Positions 51,575 to 64,000 of a DNA stretch of 64,000 nt are shown here, piece by piece. The translations under genes and the position numbers were made by a program. The notes beneath the pieces were generated by a model. That model was not told the origin of the DNA. It searched no databases and saw nothing but the letters and a program-made list of their open reading frames with translations. Location of the stretch: NCBI RefSeq assembly GCF_018977255.1, contig NW_024704743.1, forward strand, positions 51,772,001 through 51,836,000. The letters run 5' to 3'. Positions within the stretch are counted from its first letter, which is position 1. Every line of letters starts with the position of its first letter. Source of the stretch: Callorhinchus milii (lineage: Eukaryota).

Positions 51575-51918
51575 TTAGCATCATGTGGAAGCTGACACTT
51601 CAATGCAGTGCTGGGGATGTGTTGCATCGTTAGAGGTGCCATCCTTTGGATGAGATGTTGAACTGTTCAGGTGGACATCAAAGGTCCAATAGCACTATTC
51701 GAAAAGAGAATGGAGTTTTTCCTGATGTCCTGACTAACCACCCCCAAATAAAATTGGTCACTCACTCCATGACTGTTTGTATGACATTACTGTATGCACA
51801 TTGACTGTCACATTTGGCCACAGTCGGTGTACTTTACAGTATATATATATTCTGTGAAGCGCATTGGGACATTCTCCTGATGCGAAAGACGCTAAACCAA
51901 ATATTAGGATTATTATTA
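51575..51918 (+). mobile_element. Deu-domain SINE, 5'-truncated
   Basis: gaggtgccatcctttggatgagatgttgaac core and the shared tail. Confidence 0.75.
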
Positions 51919-54869
51919 CTGTTTTTAAGTCATCTCTGGTTGTCCTTACACCTGTTTGAGCCACTGCTCTAGCGAGTAATAAGAGGAATAAAGGAGTAAA
52001 CCATTCCTTTTCAGGAATCCTATTTCTTCAGTTGATTGTATTTTTATAAGGTGGGAATACTTAAAGCAAGATATTTATCTCGTTTTTAAACAGACCTGAT
52101 TTCAGCCACTGCAGAGGAGAATATATATATCTGTAGCTGTATTTTATATCAAAAAGTGGTTTTGTTTGGTGTTTGTATCCCGTCGGTACTTTGCTGTCTC
52201 AAGTTGATGTCTCCCATTGATTCTGAATAAGAGATACTGACTGAGGGACATCTATTTCGTGCAGAACGAAGACCAAATAAGACACATTTTGGATGTTTCT
52301 TGCTTAAGCCTATTAGAAAACTTGTTTTTAAAAGGCACTATGTGTGTGTGTGTGGGTGGGGTTGGGGGGGGTGGGGGGCGTTGGGAGAATAGGAGTGGGG
52401 AGGAGGGAAGTGAGCAGGGTTAATTGGTTAAAGAAATACCCTCTGGTTATTACATTATGCTTTTCTTAAAGGGTTGAGCTGTTACGGAACAAACTGAAAA
52501 AGTCTTTGAAATGACTCGCAGTTGTGCATTACAGCTATAAAATTACAAGTTTAATACGTGTGAACCCTCTGATTACTGCATTTCCTTCTCAAAATTACCG
52601 CTGTAAAACATCAGCCTCTGGTTCTATAATGTTTCTGTAATGTTATGGCTCTTGACTATATAAAGTAGAATTAGCAAAGCATCTGGAGCCCCATAATACT
52701 TCTTAATTTGTCGAATTCTTTGAATAAGCCAACAATACGTTTTTATTTAGTTTGTCACACTTTGAAAGTGGTTCAGTTTTAATGTGGTAAAGAAAATAAG
52801 TTATAAATTTCGTAAGACAAGGTGTTGTGTTTTAGTATTGTTTGCTACATAAATGAGAGTCATTTTAAGCACATGATGCCACAGAAGAAGCACACTACCA
52901 GTAATGTGAGGTTGCATGGTGACAAAAATGAGTTCAGTAATGCATTTATTCCATAATCCTTGTTTTATGCATTATTCATTGAAATGGCCTTGAAAGAAAA
53001 GTCTTTCATCCAGCAGCATGCAGACAGCAAGCAGTGTGGGGGTCATGAGCTTCAGTATATAACCTCTAACCCTTACAGAATATGAGGCTGGATCAGTGCC
53101 CTGTGAGTTTACTGTTTATTTGGCATATGTCATCTGCAGACGATATGACAATAGATCAACATTAGTCTCTTGCTGAGTTTTCGTATAGTTTTAATTCAAC
53201 ACTTTAATAAAAGCAACGATAGTTGAACTGCAGTTAAAACCCTAGTCTTACAAATGCCTGGTGATTGATAAAGGAACTTGTCTCATGAGGGGATTCATTT
53301 TATCTAGTTTTAATTCACTGATGATAATGGAGCTTCCACTGCAACCAGGAGGAAAAAAAAGTTTGTCACAGCAAGATGTTTGTAATTACATAGCTTGTAC
53401 TGATGAGATTCCACTGTATGTTTCTGTTCAATGTGAACCGCTCGCCGATCACAGCTGGGATCAGAGAGATTTCTGCTGAAATGCAACATTTCCATAAACA
53501 ATTTGAACCAAACTGAATTTTTAATTTACAGCAACTTAAGATAGGTCACATCCTCTTTAAAGAGCAACATTTAGTTGAAGTCATGCTCTTGTGTTTGAAA
53601 TACAAAGCCCAACAAAAATTCTTAGTTCAATAGTTCAGACTGTCACAAATTGACAAACAGGTAAGAACTGACTTCAGCAAATTGTTCCAACACCTGGGCT
53701 GTGATTTATCAGCTTGAAGTAAAATGCCTTGGAGGGTGTTTCTGTGCTTCTGACTCAGTTCTAAAAAAAAAGACCCTTTCGTATTATAACTATTCACTTC
53801 AAAAAGTTATAAATCGTAATCCTGACCACAAGTCATTTTGACAAATTGTTACTAGGGGTATCAAGATTGCTTTGCTGCGTCTTACAACATTTCCACGCCC
53901 CATCTCCCACATGCACGGTCAAACATGACACAAAAATAATAACAAATGATGATTAAAAAGTGCACCTAAAAGTGTTGTTTGCAATTTGTTTCGATGTGCT
54001 TCTGAATGCACGTGAATGTCTGGATTCATTGGCTGAGAGCACACACTGGACAAGGAAAAAGCCTTTTTTTACTGAACATGGACTTCATAACAACCTTGTC
54101 TCTCCTCTTTATTGTCTCGCTGCAAACTCTGTTTCTCTCGGAACACCCTCCAGGCCACCTGCTTCCACACCTTTGCGTCTTGTGTGTGTCTGCCAGTAGC
54201 TGCATGAGAATGAATCTGACAATCTTGCCGCTCTGTCTATGAGGAGCTTCAGGCCCCCCGCTTGGTGACCTGGGTAAGACTGTTGAGAATTGCAGGGTAA
54301 ATACTTTTCCCTCAGTTGTATTGCACATCACATTAGAGCTCCTAAGTGTTGTGCCTGTACTGTGGCAATTGATTCAAGGCTATTTTCAAATGAACAGTTC
54401 TGTAATGGTTCCACACTCAGCAGTTGTTCTCATAACACTTATTCATATCAATGACAAATTTAGAAACGGTCAATAAATTTCACTGAGTGTAAAGCATAAG
54501 TACAATTAAATTCAATGTGATCTAACAATTCCATCAATATAAAACACACAATGGTAACTTCAGCTCAATTAAGTATTGAAATGACTTCCCAAAGTAATAA
54601 CATAACTTTCATTAAGGGTGTAAAGTTAGCGGGATTTCATAGATGTTCCTATTAACATAAGAAATGTTTTATGAGACATCACAAATTTTACCCATGTATA
54701 AAACTATTCTTGTAAAACAACGTTGGCAAACTGCTCAACAGAGATAAGTAGTACCTGCTAGAAACTGAAGCAAAGTAAAAGAAAATTGGAAGAGCCAATT
54801 GTAATAAACATCAGGGGCAAAATTGCTGGTGGTATTCCCAATCCATTAATTGGAGGAGTGGGGAATGCA

Positions 54870-55450
54870 ACTGAGTTCAAGGAAAAAATAGAGGTCAATA
54901 ATGAAAAAGTCATTAAAAATCTGGAGTCCTTAAATATTCATAAGGCACCAGGTCCAGATGGAATGGATCCAAGGGTACTTAAAGGAATGAGGCTAAAAAT
55001 AAGGGAGCCGTTGCAGAAATAATCTTTTGCACCTTACTGAATCCAGAATGGGACCAGAAAACTAGAAAATAGCAAAGATTATTTCACTTCAAAAGAAAAG
55101 ATCAGTAGCTTGAACTGGGGGAATTATAGGCCTGTTAGTTTAACATATACAGTAGGAAAACAGCAGAGTCTATTATGCAGGTACAATTCAAGTAATTTAA
55201 GAAGGGTAAATGTATTAATTCCAAGCTAACATGGATTTATCGGAAAGTGGTGGTCACCAACAAATGACCTGCAGTTTTAGAATGCAATAGAGTAGAGAGT
55301 GGGTATGTAGTTTCTATTCTCTATGTTGATGATTTTCAGAAAGGAATTGATAAGCCCATTTACAAGAAATGTGATGGTAAAGTGATGGTAAAGCTCAGGG
55401 AATTAAGGAGGATGTTCAAAATTGGTAAATAATTGGTCAGATAACAGGTA
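54870..55450 (+). mobile_element. Decayed CR1 LINE RT 5' fragment
   Basis: KAPGPDGMDPRVLK, then aattataggcctgttagtttaac (NYRPVSL) and catggattt (HGF) motifs, interrupted by stops. Confidence 0.75.
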
Positions 55451-56199
55451 ATAAAGTTGTTTACTAATTGGGCAACAATGATCAGCTAACTTTATTGACC
55501 TTGCTATTCTTGCAAGAATTGTCCTGCATGCAAATTACTTATAAAAAATCTTATTATAACTGTTCAAATAAAATATCTATTTAATGATACCAAATTGAGT
55601 GTGAAAATAGGCTATTCTGAGAAAATAGATACAATTCAAAAAGAGACTTAATGATTGGGAAGATAAACACCAGACACTGTTCAATAAGAAGAAACACAAG
55701 ATAACACGGTCAATGTAGCAAATATTTTTTACAAATTGAATGGCATACGGTGGATGAAAGAAAATAAATTGGTGTAATAGTTGACCGAATACTGAAGGTG
55801 TCAACAGAGCGCACACTAGTGTCTGCACGGAAATGCAGAGGCATCGAAATAGAAGTCGCATTAACATTCTGTTTCCTTCACTGTACTGAAGGAAGGATGT
55901 AGTGACATCAGAAAGAAATCAACAAAGAGCACCGTACATGGGCTTCAGGTTTTAGAATAGTGAGCTATAAAGATGAGCTAAAAGAATTAGCTCTTTAATT
56001 CTGTTTTCAACGAAGGAGAGGAAGAGGAAGGAAAAAAATAGGAATAACAGTGGAGCAGTGTCACATTATAATTCAAATCACTAAAGATGTTTCACGGCCT
56101 CATACTTATCTATAGAATTAAATTAGTTTCTTTATTTACAGCAACTGTTTTGAGACATATTGATTTTTAAATGCTTTCGAATTAGGGTCACGGTTCTGT

Positions 56200-57285
56200 C
56201 CATGAATGGTTCAGATCCTACCTCTCACACCATCTCCTCTTTATATCCACAAATGGCTTTTCCTCTAGCCTCCGCACTGTCTCGTGCGCAGTTCCTTGAG
56301 CTCTGTCCTTGGTCCCCTCCTTTTCAATATCTATATGCTCCCCCTTGGTGACATCATCCGCAGACATGGGATCAATTTCCACATGTATGCAGATGACACC
56401 CAACTCTATTGCTCTATCTTCACCCTCAACTCCAGGACTAGTGTTGTCCTGACAGAATGTCTGTCAGACATCAAGCCTTGGATGAGAGTTAACTTTCTAC
56501 AGTTGAATGTCAACAAATCCGAGGGCCTCCTGATTGGTTACTGTCAGTGCCTCCATAACTCAAGCTCTAACAGCATCACCGTCCAAGGATGCACACTCCA
56601 CCTTACTAAGCCAGTCCGGAACCTTGGATCTTATTTGATCCACAACTATCCTTTCTACTCCACATCTGTGCCATCACCCGCTCTGCCTTCCCCCACCTCT
56701 GCAACATCACCCGGCTCTGCCACTCTCTTACACCGCAGGCCGCTGAGATCCTCATACACGCATTCATAACATCCAGGATCAACTACACAAACAGTCAACT
56801 ACCCTGTTTGTCGGCCTCCTCAACTCCTCCCTCCATAGGCTGCAGATCATCCAGAACTCTGCAGCCCGTGTCCTCTCCCACACCAGGATCTGTGATCCTA
56901 TCAACCCCATTCTCGCCCAACTCCACTGGCTTCCCATCACACAGAGGATACAGTTCAAGATCATGTTCCTCACCTTCAAAACCCTCCATGGCCTTGCTCC
57001 CCCTACCTCTGCGACTTCCTAATCCCCTACCAATCTGCTCGCTCCCTCCGCTCAGCGTGCTCCAGCAGGCGGGCCTTCTGCAACTCCATCCCTTCCCTTG
57101 CCTCCTTCAAGACCCATCTCAAGACAAATGTGCCTTCAATCGTCCTGCTTCGTTCACTGCCCTCCACCCTCCACCCTTCCTGATTCCGCCCCAAGCTCGG
57201 GTTCGAAATGCTGATTGTCCAGCATCTTGGGACGTTCTCCTGTCGTGAAAGGTGCTATACAAATGTAATTTTGTTGTTGTTGTTG
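56200..57285 (+). mobile_element. L2-clade LINE, 5'-truncated, RT domain remnant
   Basis: [12 protein letters not shown]...[12 protein letters not shown] motifs (YADD at 56386-56397), frameshifts, and a 3' tail ending in (TTG)n. Confidence 0.92.
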
Positions 57286-58059
57286 AATGTCAATTTAGAG
57301 TTAAAATCAGCTGGTATATCCCATCATACATTTCATAAAGCATTGTAAACTACAGCTTTATTTTATGAAATCTATAACTTAGTGAGTATCTGATAAATAG
57401 CTAGAGTCCATTCCTACAAAATGCTGAAGGTAAGAATTCCAGGATTAACTTCATTCACTAAAAAAAACTTCTGAAGAGGAAAGGAGCTATCATAATCTAA
57501 AGTTGTTTTCTTTCACATTTTTGGGTGATGTTTTGGGTGCTGTGACATAAACACCAAAGGTAAGGCAGCTCCTTTCTTGGCATCCAGTGTCAACATCAAG
57601 ATGTCTCAGGCTTCTCTGACTGTGATAGGATATTTATTGTAAATTGTGCTGTATTATGGGCAGTTGTGCAGTAAGAATCAGCTTGAAGCTCCCCAAATTC
57701 ATTCACCAGCACAGAAAGAGATAAAGAGAGAGACAGAGGGTGAAAAGGAGAAGACTTTGATCTCACCAGGCTGGGCTGGATTTAGAATAAAAGGATTGTG
57801 TTTGAACCAAATCCACCATATAATCCTCAATGATTCAAGTTTTGGAATTAATGAAGGAAGCTAATAATATCCATGATGTTGTAATGCCTTTTTTTTTGGC
57901 AACACCAAAGTAAGAAAGTCCAGGAATAATTATAAGGTAAGAAAGTAATGCTGAGCCAGTGTTGAGAGTATTTTTACAACGTCGTACAAATAGAGCCTAG
58001 CAGTTTGTGGCCACACTTAAACTACATCTATCAACTAAAGCCAGCAAGGGTCAAATGGG

Positions 58060-58230
58060 ACTGGCATTTACAAAGAGATGCATTGAATATAAAAGAAAGG
58101 AAGTCACAATGGAATTATACAACATTGACTAGGCCACATTTGAAGTATTGTGTTGAGATTTTGGTCTCTCCATTACAGGAAGGATGTGTTGGAGTTGGAG
58201 AGGGTGCTGAACAGAATAACAAGCATCCTG
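58060..58230 (+). mobile_element. CR1 LINE fragment
   Basis: YTTLTRPHLKYCV resembles the CR1 ORF2 motif LVRPHLEYCV. Confidence 0.6.
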
Positions 58231-61200
58231 AATAGCAGGATTATGGCTTTACTCCAAGTACTGTAATTTTTAGCAAAAATCATAAGTGCAGAAATCAAAA
58301 AAAGTGTTGAGTAAAGGGCAGAGAGGGGGTGTAAATGGAGGAGATTTTGCATTCTGGATATTTGGGTAATTTATATTCTACACTTAAAGAGTGTCCAAAT
58401 TTAAACCACAATTTAGGCGCCTTACATGAAGGTGAAAGGAATAAATGGGTATAGAAGAGGGGAATAGTAAAGGTGGGGGCTTATGTGGAATATTAGCTAT
58501 GGCTCAGACAGGTTCAGCCAGACGGTCTGTTTCAATACCCTATCACTCTTTGTACCTCTGTGCAACCCCAAAGTTAAAGAGGCATCACAAAGTATCCTTT
58601 TATTTACCAAACTCATTCTGTCTTTGAAGAATTATACTGTGAGCCTATTTGTGCTTAAACCTTACATGTCTCAGAGACATGTGCTCAAAAGCTATGTAGT
58701 TAGCAATGTTACTAATGAAAAAATGCTGCAGACTTTAATTAGTATTCCTATTTCTTAAATTTATTAGGAGAAATGTAAGAAATGAGAAAACCAATTAAAA
58801 TCTGTAGCATCAACATGTTAATCATTCAAGGGAATGTGGGGGACATTCAAAGTGGTGTGTTTCCAGCACATTAGCATTCAAGTGATTCCAAATATTTTGA
58901 AGGAAAATTTCTACCTGTGCATCAGGGCCAATTATTCTTTCCATTGCCTCCAACAAAAAGGTCATCACATCCATAAGATGATTTCATAGCTTTGTTGTTC
59001 AGGCATCTTATCGAAAGAGATTATTCGATCTGGTCTTTTCTGGAAGGAGCTGAACGGCTTTTTCAAAGCTCTAGCAGAACCTCAAAATGACTTGTCTCAG
59101 AAGTTGGCAATATGAGCAAAGATTTACCATATTCACTCGACTGTCCCATGAATCCCCAAAGAATGCCACACAATTTGTGAACTTTTGTCCTTTATATGTC
59201 ATATATATTATAACCTGTGCAGTGAAATTCTGTTATCAATAGTAGTTAGGTTTGGAGGTTTTAATCCCTACATTGCAGAGGGTTCTCAAGGCTGGGACAA
59301 TCAGTGGGAGTAAATGGTCTCTTCTATGCTCAGTTAAGAGAACAGGAGCTGCTTTTAGCTACACAGACATTCCAAGAGACAGACATTTATGTCTGAAAGC
59401 AGCATAGATGAAATTAAAGATTGTTTGATTTAAAGGAACACATTCTTAATCCTGCCTGCTGCCTAATCCACCATGATGGTTCCTTGGACAGTAGCCTGTA
59501 TCTTATAAATGCCAAGACATATATTACCACTGGTGTTGAAAGCATTAAAAAAGATGTTTTCTGAACTGGAAAGTAACCTTGCTGTGAATCCCACCTGTTA
59601 ATGAGGAACAGTTAAGGATTTTACTCCAATAACTTGGAAATGTTTGCACCACAACATTTGTTTTGTATATATTACCCCCCAATTCCATTATTTTAGATTT
59701 GTTTTGTTGATAGAAAATTGTACGGAATTTAGATCCCTGCATTGATAATATAAAATAGAGTGTTTGGTTATGACACTGGGTTTGCAAAGAGGAATAAGTG
59801 TTACGTTTCCCAGATTGAAGAAATTACAAGTACTCAAATGAAGCTAGGTTCACTATTAATTGAAGCCAAGTAAATAAAACCTGCAACATTTCACCAAAGT
59901 GTGGGAAGGAATTTCCCCACAACATTTTATAAATACCGGACAATTCTAATTAGTCACAATTTTGGTCATCTTGCTAATAAACTACCCTGATCCCCTTAGG
60001 GACGCGGCTAATCTGAAGAGAAAAGCACATTTCCATGGCAATGGTGGGACACACAGGCTATTGTTTTTTGATCCTCTTTAGTGCAGGTTACCTCCCATCA
60101 TGCTGTGCAAATCCCTACTATTTTACAGGTGGAGAGACTTTATGGCAACTGACACAGACAGATGACATATTTATTAGGTTGTCAAAGACTCCCCTGTTTA
60201 TGGAACACTCACCTAGCTAAACAAAACAATCGGTTTTTCATTGGATAATTTGTATGGCTCCCATTGCGAGCCTCAGCAAAGTGCTTGATGAGGCATAAAA
60301 TGATGATTAATTAATTTACTGCTCAGTTGATCATCAAACTGAGAGGTTTATGATTCTCTCAGCGGTCATCAGTCTCCATTCAATGTGCAGCAGCATGAAC
60401 AGTCTTTACTCCAGCCTACTGCTGCCTTTGGTTTGACCTGAAGCACTGGCTCCTGACTGAAAGTTTCACAGCACATCATACTCACAGATAGTGGACCCTC
60501 TGTTTAAATACTGGAGTCGGAATCTCTTCTGTGCTGCTGAAACAAAGAGGCTTTCACATATCTTATTCCAAGATCAATTAATCAAACATAGATTGTCTGA
60601 CATTGTTATCTTTAAGTGAAAAGCTTAACATACAATAGGCCCTTTAATACATACAGAATTGGGGTATTTCACCAGATAAGTAAACTTGAAATTGTTCACT
60701 GATGTCAGAATTATAATACTAATAAACACATCACAATGACATTACTAATGACAAAGTGATGGCAATCGGATAGGCTAATGATGTAAAAAATATTTATTTG
60801 CTGATAGTAATAAAGGATATAGACTATAATGATCAAAACAAGAATTACAACACTTTTAAGTGATAACATCAAGCTTCCCCAGAGGCAGTTTTGTCACCAT
60901 TTCAGCAGAAACATGTTGTAGGACCTTCATACTGGTTGATTGGTGAATTTTAATAGTGCATGTTACTGACATTAAAATGATCTTTTGGAAGCAAGACAAG
61001 AGCAAGCAGAGAAAATGTCAACATGCATTATATATTTCTGATTTAACTTATAAGAATTTTCAAACATTTTTTTTGGAGTCTTTTATGTCACCAAGAAACC
61101 TGCATATATTACAAACAGTTTTGTTAAGCATCCTCCTCCACACACACCCTCTATCCCCCACCCACCCGTATCTCATTCCGAAAGTTATAGATTAAGTATT

Positions 61201-61636
61201 CGGATGCTGGATGAAGCCCACACTGTGTTGTGAATAAATAATCCAGATACGTTGTGAGCCAGGTCTGGTGTGGAACACATTAAGTACATCCAGAACTGGC
61301 AGGGAAACTAAAGAAATAAAGGAGCCAGGTGGGGCGGCCCAAGTCCTAATGAGGTGGCATCTGCTCCCACTTCATACAGAATCCGTACACTCATAGACTA
61401 AGGAAAAATAGCATTGCTCACAGAGCACATAATTATCACTTTATGCAAGAATCCAATGTTTGCATAAGACTAAAAGCACAGATTTCATCATAATTTTACC
61501 TGAGTGATATAATGCCCTCTTCTGGGCCTAAAGTTGAGATTTTATTAGTGGAATTTTGCTAGCTGCTGTTATGCGGGTGTGCGTGTATTTATTTCTATGG
61601 GCATTTCAAATTAAGTCCCATTTTTACAATGTAGAG

Positions 61637-61818
61637 TAGTGGTGGCCAACCTTTAAGGTCAGCCAACAAAATACATTTTCTTGATTGAATATTTCTTGAT
61701 TTATGGCATATCCATAAAAAACTGAAAACACACTACAGACCAAACACAGACTTACCTAGACTTGGGCGAATGTTTGGGGGCTACATCCAGCTCGTGGGCC
61801 ACAGGTTGCCCACCAAGG
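61637..61818. mobile_element. Non-autonomous hAT-type DNA transposon (MITE)
   Basis: Imperfect TIRs tagtggtggccaacct / aggttgcccaccaagg, flanked by an exact 8-bp TSD ATGTAGAG (61629-61636 and 61819-61826). Confidence 0.8.
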
Positions 61819-61924
61819 ATGTAGAGCATACTTTTGTTCATTGTTGTGTGCCTATAATGGTTATTTGCAGGAACTTTATACACCTGGTTTCTTATTAAGG
61901 GTTATTGTGCTCTGTCTACTCCAC

Positions 61925-63262
61925 ATATGGTGTCAAAATCCACAGATAGCACCAAACTTGGGAAGGGAAATGACAAATAATGAAGAGGACTGATTATAAC
62001 AAAGCAAGACATAAACAGGCTTGCAGAATGGGCTGAAAGATGGCAGATGAAGTTCAATAGAGAGACATGAAGTGATTCACTATTGTAGTAGAAATAAGGA
62101 AGCCTTTTATACCCTGAATGGTAAGAACTTAGAGGGATAAAGAAACTAAGAGATCTGAGGATACAGATGAATAAGTCTAAAAATATAGCAACACAGATGA
62201 ATAACCTGGGTCTGCATTAATCCAGGGCCCTGCTGATGACAGTTCAGCCAGCTTGGCTCATCAGCTGGACCTGGAAAGGCAGACCAGTCACTGGGGGCAG
62301 GGAGTCATCCCACTCAGCTCTAGTTAACCCTACAAGCCAAAACTCTAACGGGTAGGGTGGTCATACTTGGACAAGCTGTGGGAGAGTTTGCCAGACATCA
62401 ATATCGATGGCAAGCTATGCAGCTTTGGCTGTCTAGATTCCAGCAGTGCCCTAAGTTCCCCAAGTTTGGATCTTGCTGCCCGTAATACCTTCCGGAATTC
62501 AGTAAACAGGATGTGTCCCTCCAGGGAGAGAGTGCGCATTCCATTCCAACAATCTATCTCTGGGATTTCCATGTGTAGGTGGGATGCATGGAAATCTCAG
62601 CTTGGTTTGATACTCTTAAGCATGGTGTTGGGCTTGCAAATAGAATCATGGATCATGGGCTTGATGTCCAGAGGAATAGAATACAAAAGCAAGCAAGTAA
62701 TGTTAGATTTATATAAAACCTTGTTTAGACCATATTTGGAATTCAATGTACAAGTTCTAATTATCATATTACAAGAAGTATATTGTAGCACAGCGTAGAT
62801 TTACTAAGATGTTTCCAGGGATGATAACTATCAGGAATCTGGACAATTTAGATTTTTTCATGAAGATGAGCTGATTGAGAGGGGATGTGATAGAGGTGTT
62901 TAAAATTCTGAAGAGGTTTGATTAAGCATCCAATGTTTCCACTTGTTGGTGAGTCCATAATTTGGGGATATAAAGATAAGATCTAATAGAGAATTTAGGA
63001 GGAATTTCTTTACACAGAGAGTGATAAGAATGTGGAACTCACTGCCAGGAGCTATAGGTGAACCTGACAGCATCATTACATTTCATAGGAAACGTGATGC
63101 ATACATACTAAAGAAGGGAATAGCAGGTATTGTGGGGGCAGGGGGGGAGAGACAAGGGAGGAGATGAGAATAAATGGAGATTCATGTGGTGAATTAACAC
63201 CAGCAAGGACTAGTTGAGACAGATGGTCAATTTTGGAACTGTGGATTCATGTAATTCTACGT
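61925..63262 (+). mobile_element. Decayed CR1 LINE 3' ~0.9 kb with internal insertion (~62205-62650)
   Basis: tggcagatgaagttcaat (WQMKFN), SRGIEYKSKQVMLDLYKTLFRPYLE, ttctttacacagagagtg...tggaactcactgcca, and a CR1-type tail. Confidence 0.8.
62205..62650 (+). repeat. Unclassified interspersed repeat, copy 2 (inserted in CR1)
   Basis: Interrupts colinear CR1 sequence and shares ctcagctc..gttaacc.t.caagccaaa and other blocks with 15705-15910. Confidence 0.6.
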
Positions 63263-64000
63263 AATGTGGCACATTCATTGATATGGGCTAAACACCATTT
63301 TCCTTTGGTTAGTACATTTGCCAAATTTGTCCTGTGTGTAAATAAATAACTTAAATTCAATTTTAAAAGTATTTTTATATGTTTCATCTTGAATGTCCCT
63401 ATTATTTATAATTATAAATTTCAAGCGCTCTGGGATGCTACCTTGCGTGAGGGGCGCTATATAAATGAATGTTGTTGTTGTTTTCATGGTAATTATAAGC
63501 ACACAGGTACAAATTAGCAAATTGTAACAAATGGAGAATAACTCTTAGCACACCTCAAGATATGAGACATGTAGGAGGAGGTTAGAATACTCTAAAAAGT
63601 AATATTTTTTTTATTGCTAAGGTTTTATTATGGGATTTCCCATTACAAATGTTAATGGCTGGTTCAATCCATGAGTGTATGTTTGGTTCTCTATGCAACA
63701 CAGGGAGCAGACATAATTTCCTCAGGATGCTCCGTTTTGCTCCTAGGGGTTGCAATCAGTAAATGCTGATCCCATAGAAAGAAAAGCTGATTTTACTGAA
63801 GTTATTTGAAAATTGTAACCCGAGTTAAGATTTTTAATCTGATGCAGAAACAAAACAAAATGGGAAGAAATGTCAAAAGAGTGTGCAAGATTATCATTAC
63901 AATCAAGACGCGCGCCACTGATACAATGACATAATTGTATTTAATTGCAATGCTCATTGTGTATAAATCAAAATAAATGTGTACCGAAAGAAGACGGTAG

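Noticed and set aside
56284..57248. RT-containing ORFs as an active or domesticated gene
   Set aside because: 5'-truncated, frameshifted L2 copy with an ordinary tail.
1..64000. CRISPR arrays, operons or other prokaryotic systems
   Set aside because: Spliced vertebrate locus with no regularly spaced repeat-spacer structure or gene-dense region.

Overview
Vertebrate genomic DNA, most likely from a cartilaginous fish (inferred from the L2/CR1 LINE and tRNA/Deu-domain SINE repertoire, not proven). It contains one protein-coding gene, the Iroquois TALE-homeobox gene Irx2 on the + strand. The CDS is join(29131..29367, 30379..30787, 31546..32229, 32521..32564), giving 457 aa. A probable extra intron lies in the 3'UTR (32585..32931), and there is a poly(A) signal at 33390. 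The gene sits in a ~24 kb block (~21150-45050) that is relatively CpG-rich and has no recognisable transposons, with several motif-dense candidate enhancers as expected in an IrxA-cluster gene desert. The flanks are full of decayed L2 and CR1 fragments, two SINE families that share an L2-type tail, LF-SINE-like relics, hAT and Tigger-like MITEs, palindromic elements and nested insertions. I found no convincing new protein-coding system. The best leads are the 3'UTR intron and possible alternative C-terminus, the promoter architecture, candidate enhancers, LF-SINE-like relics and an unclassified two-copy repeat. Repeat and enhancer boundaries are approximate and were read by eye.
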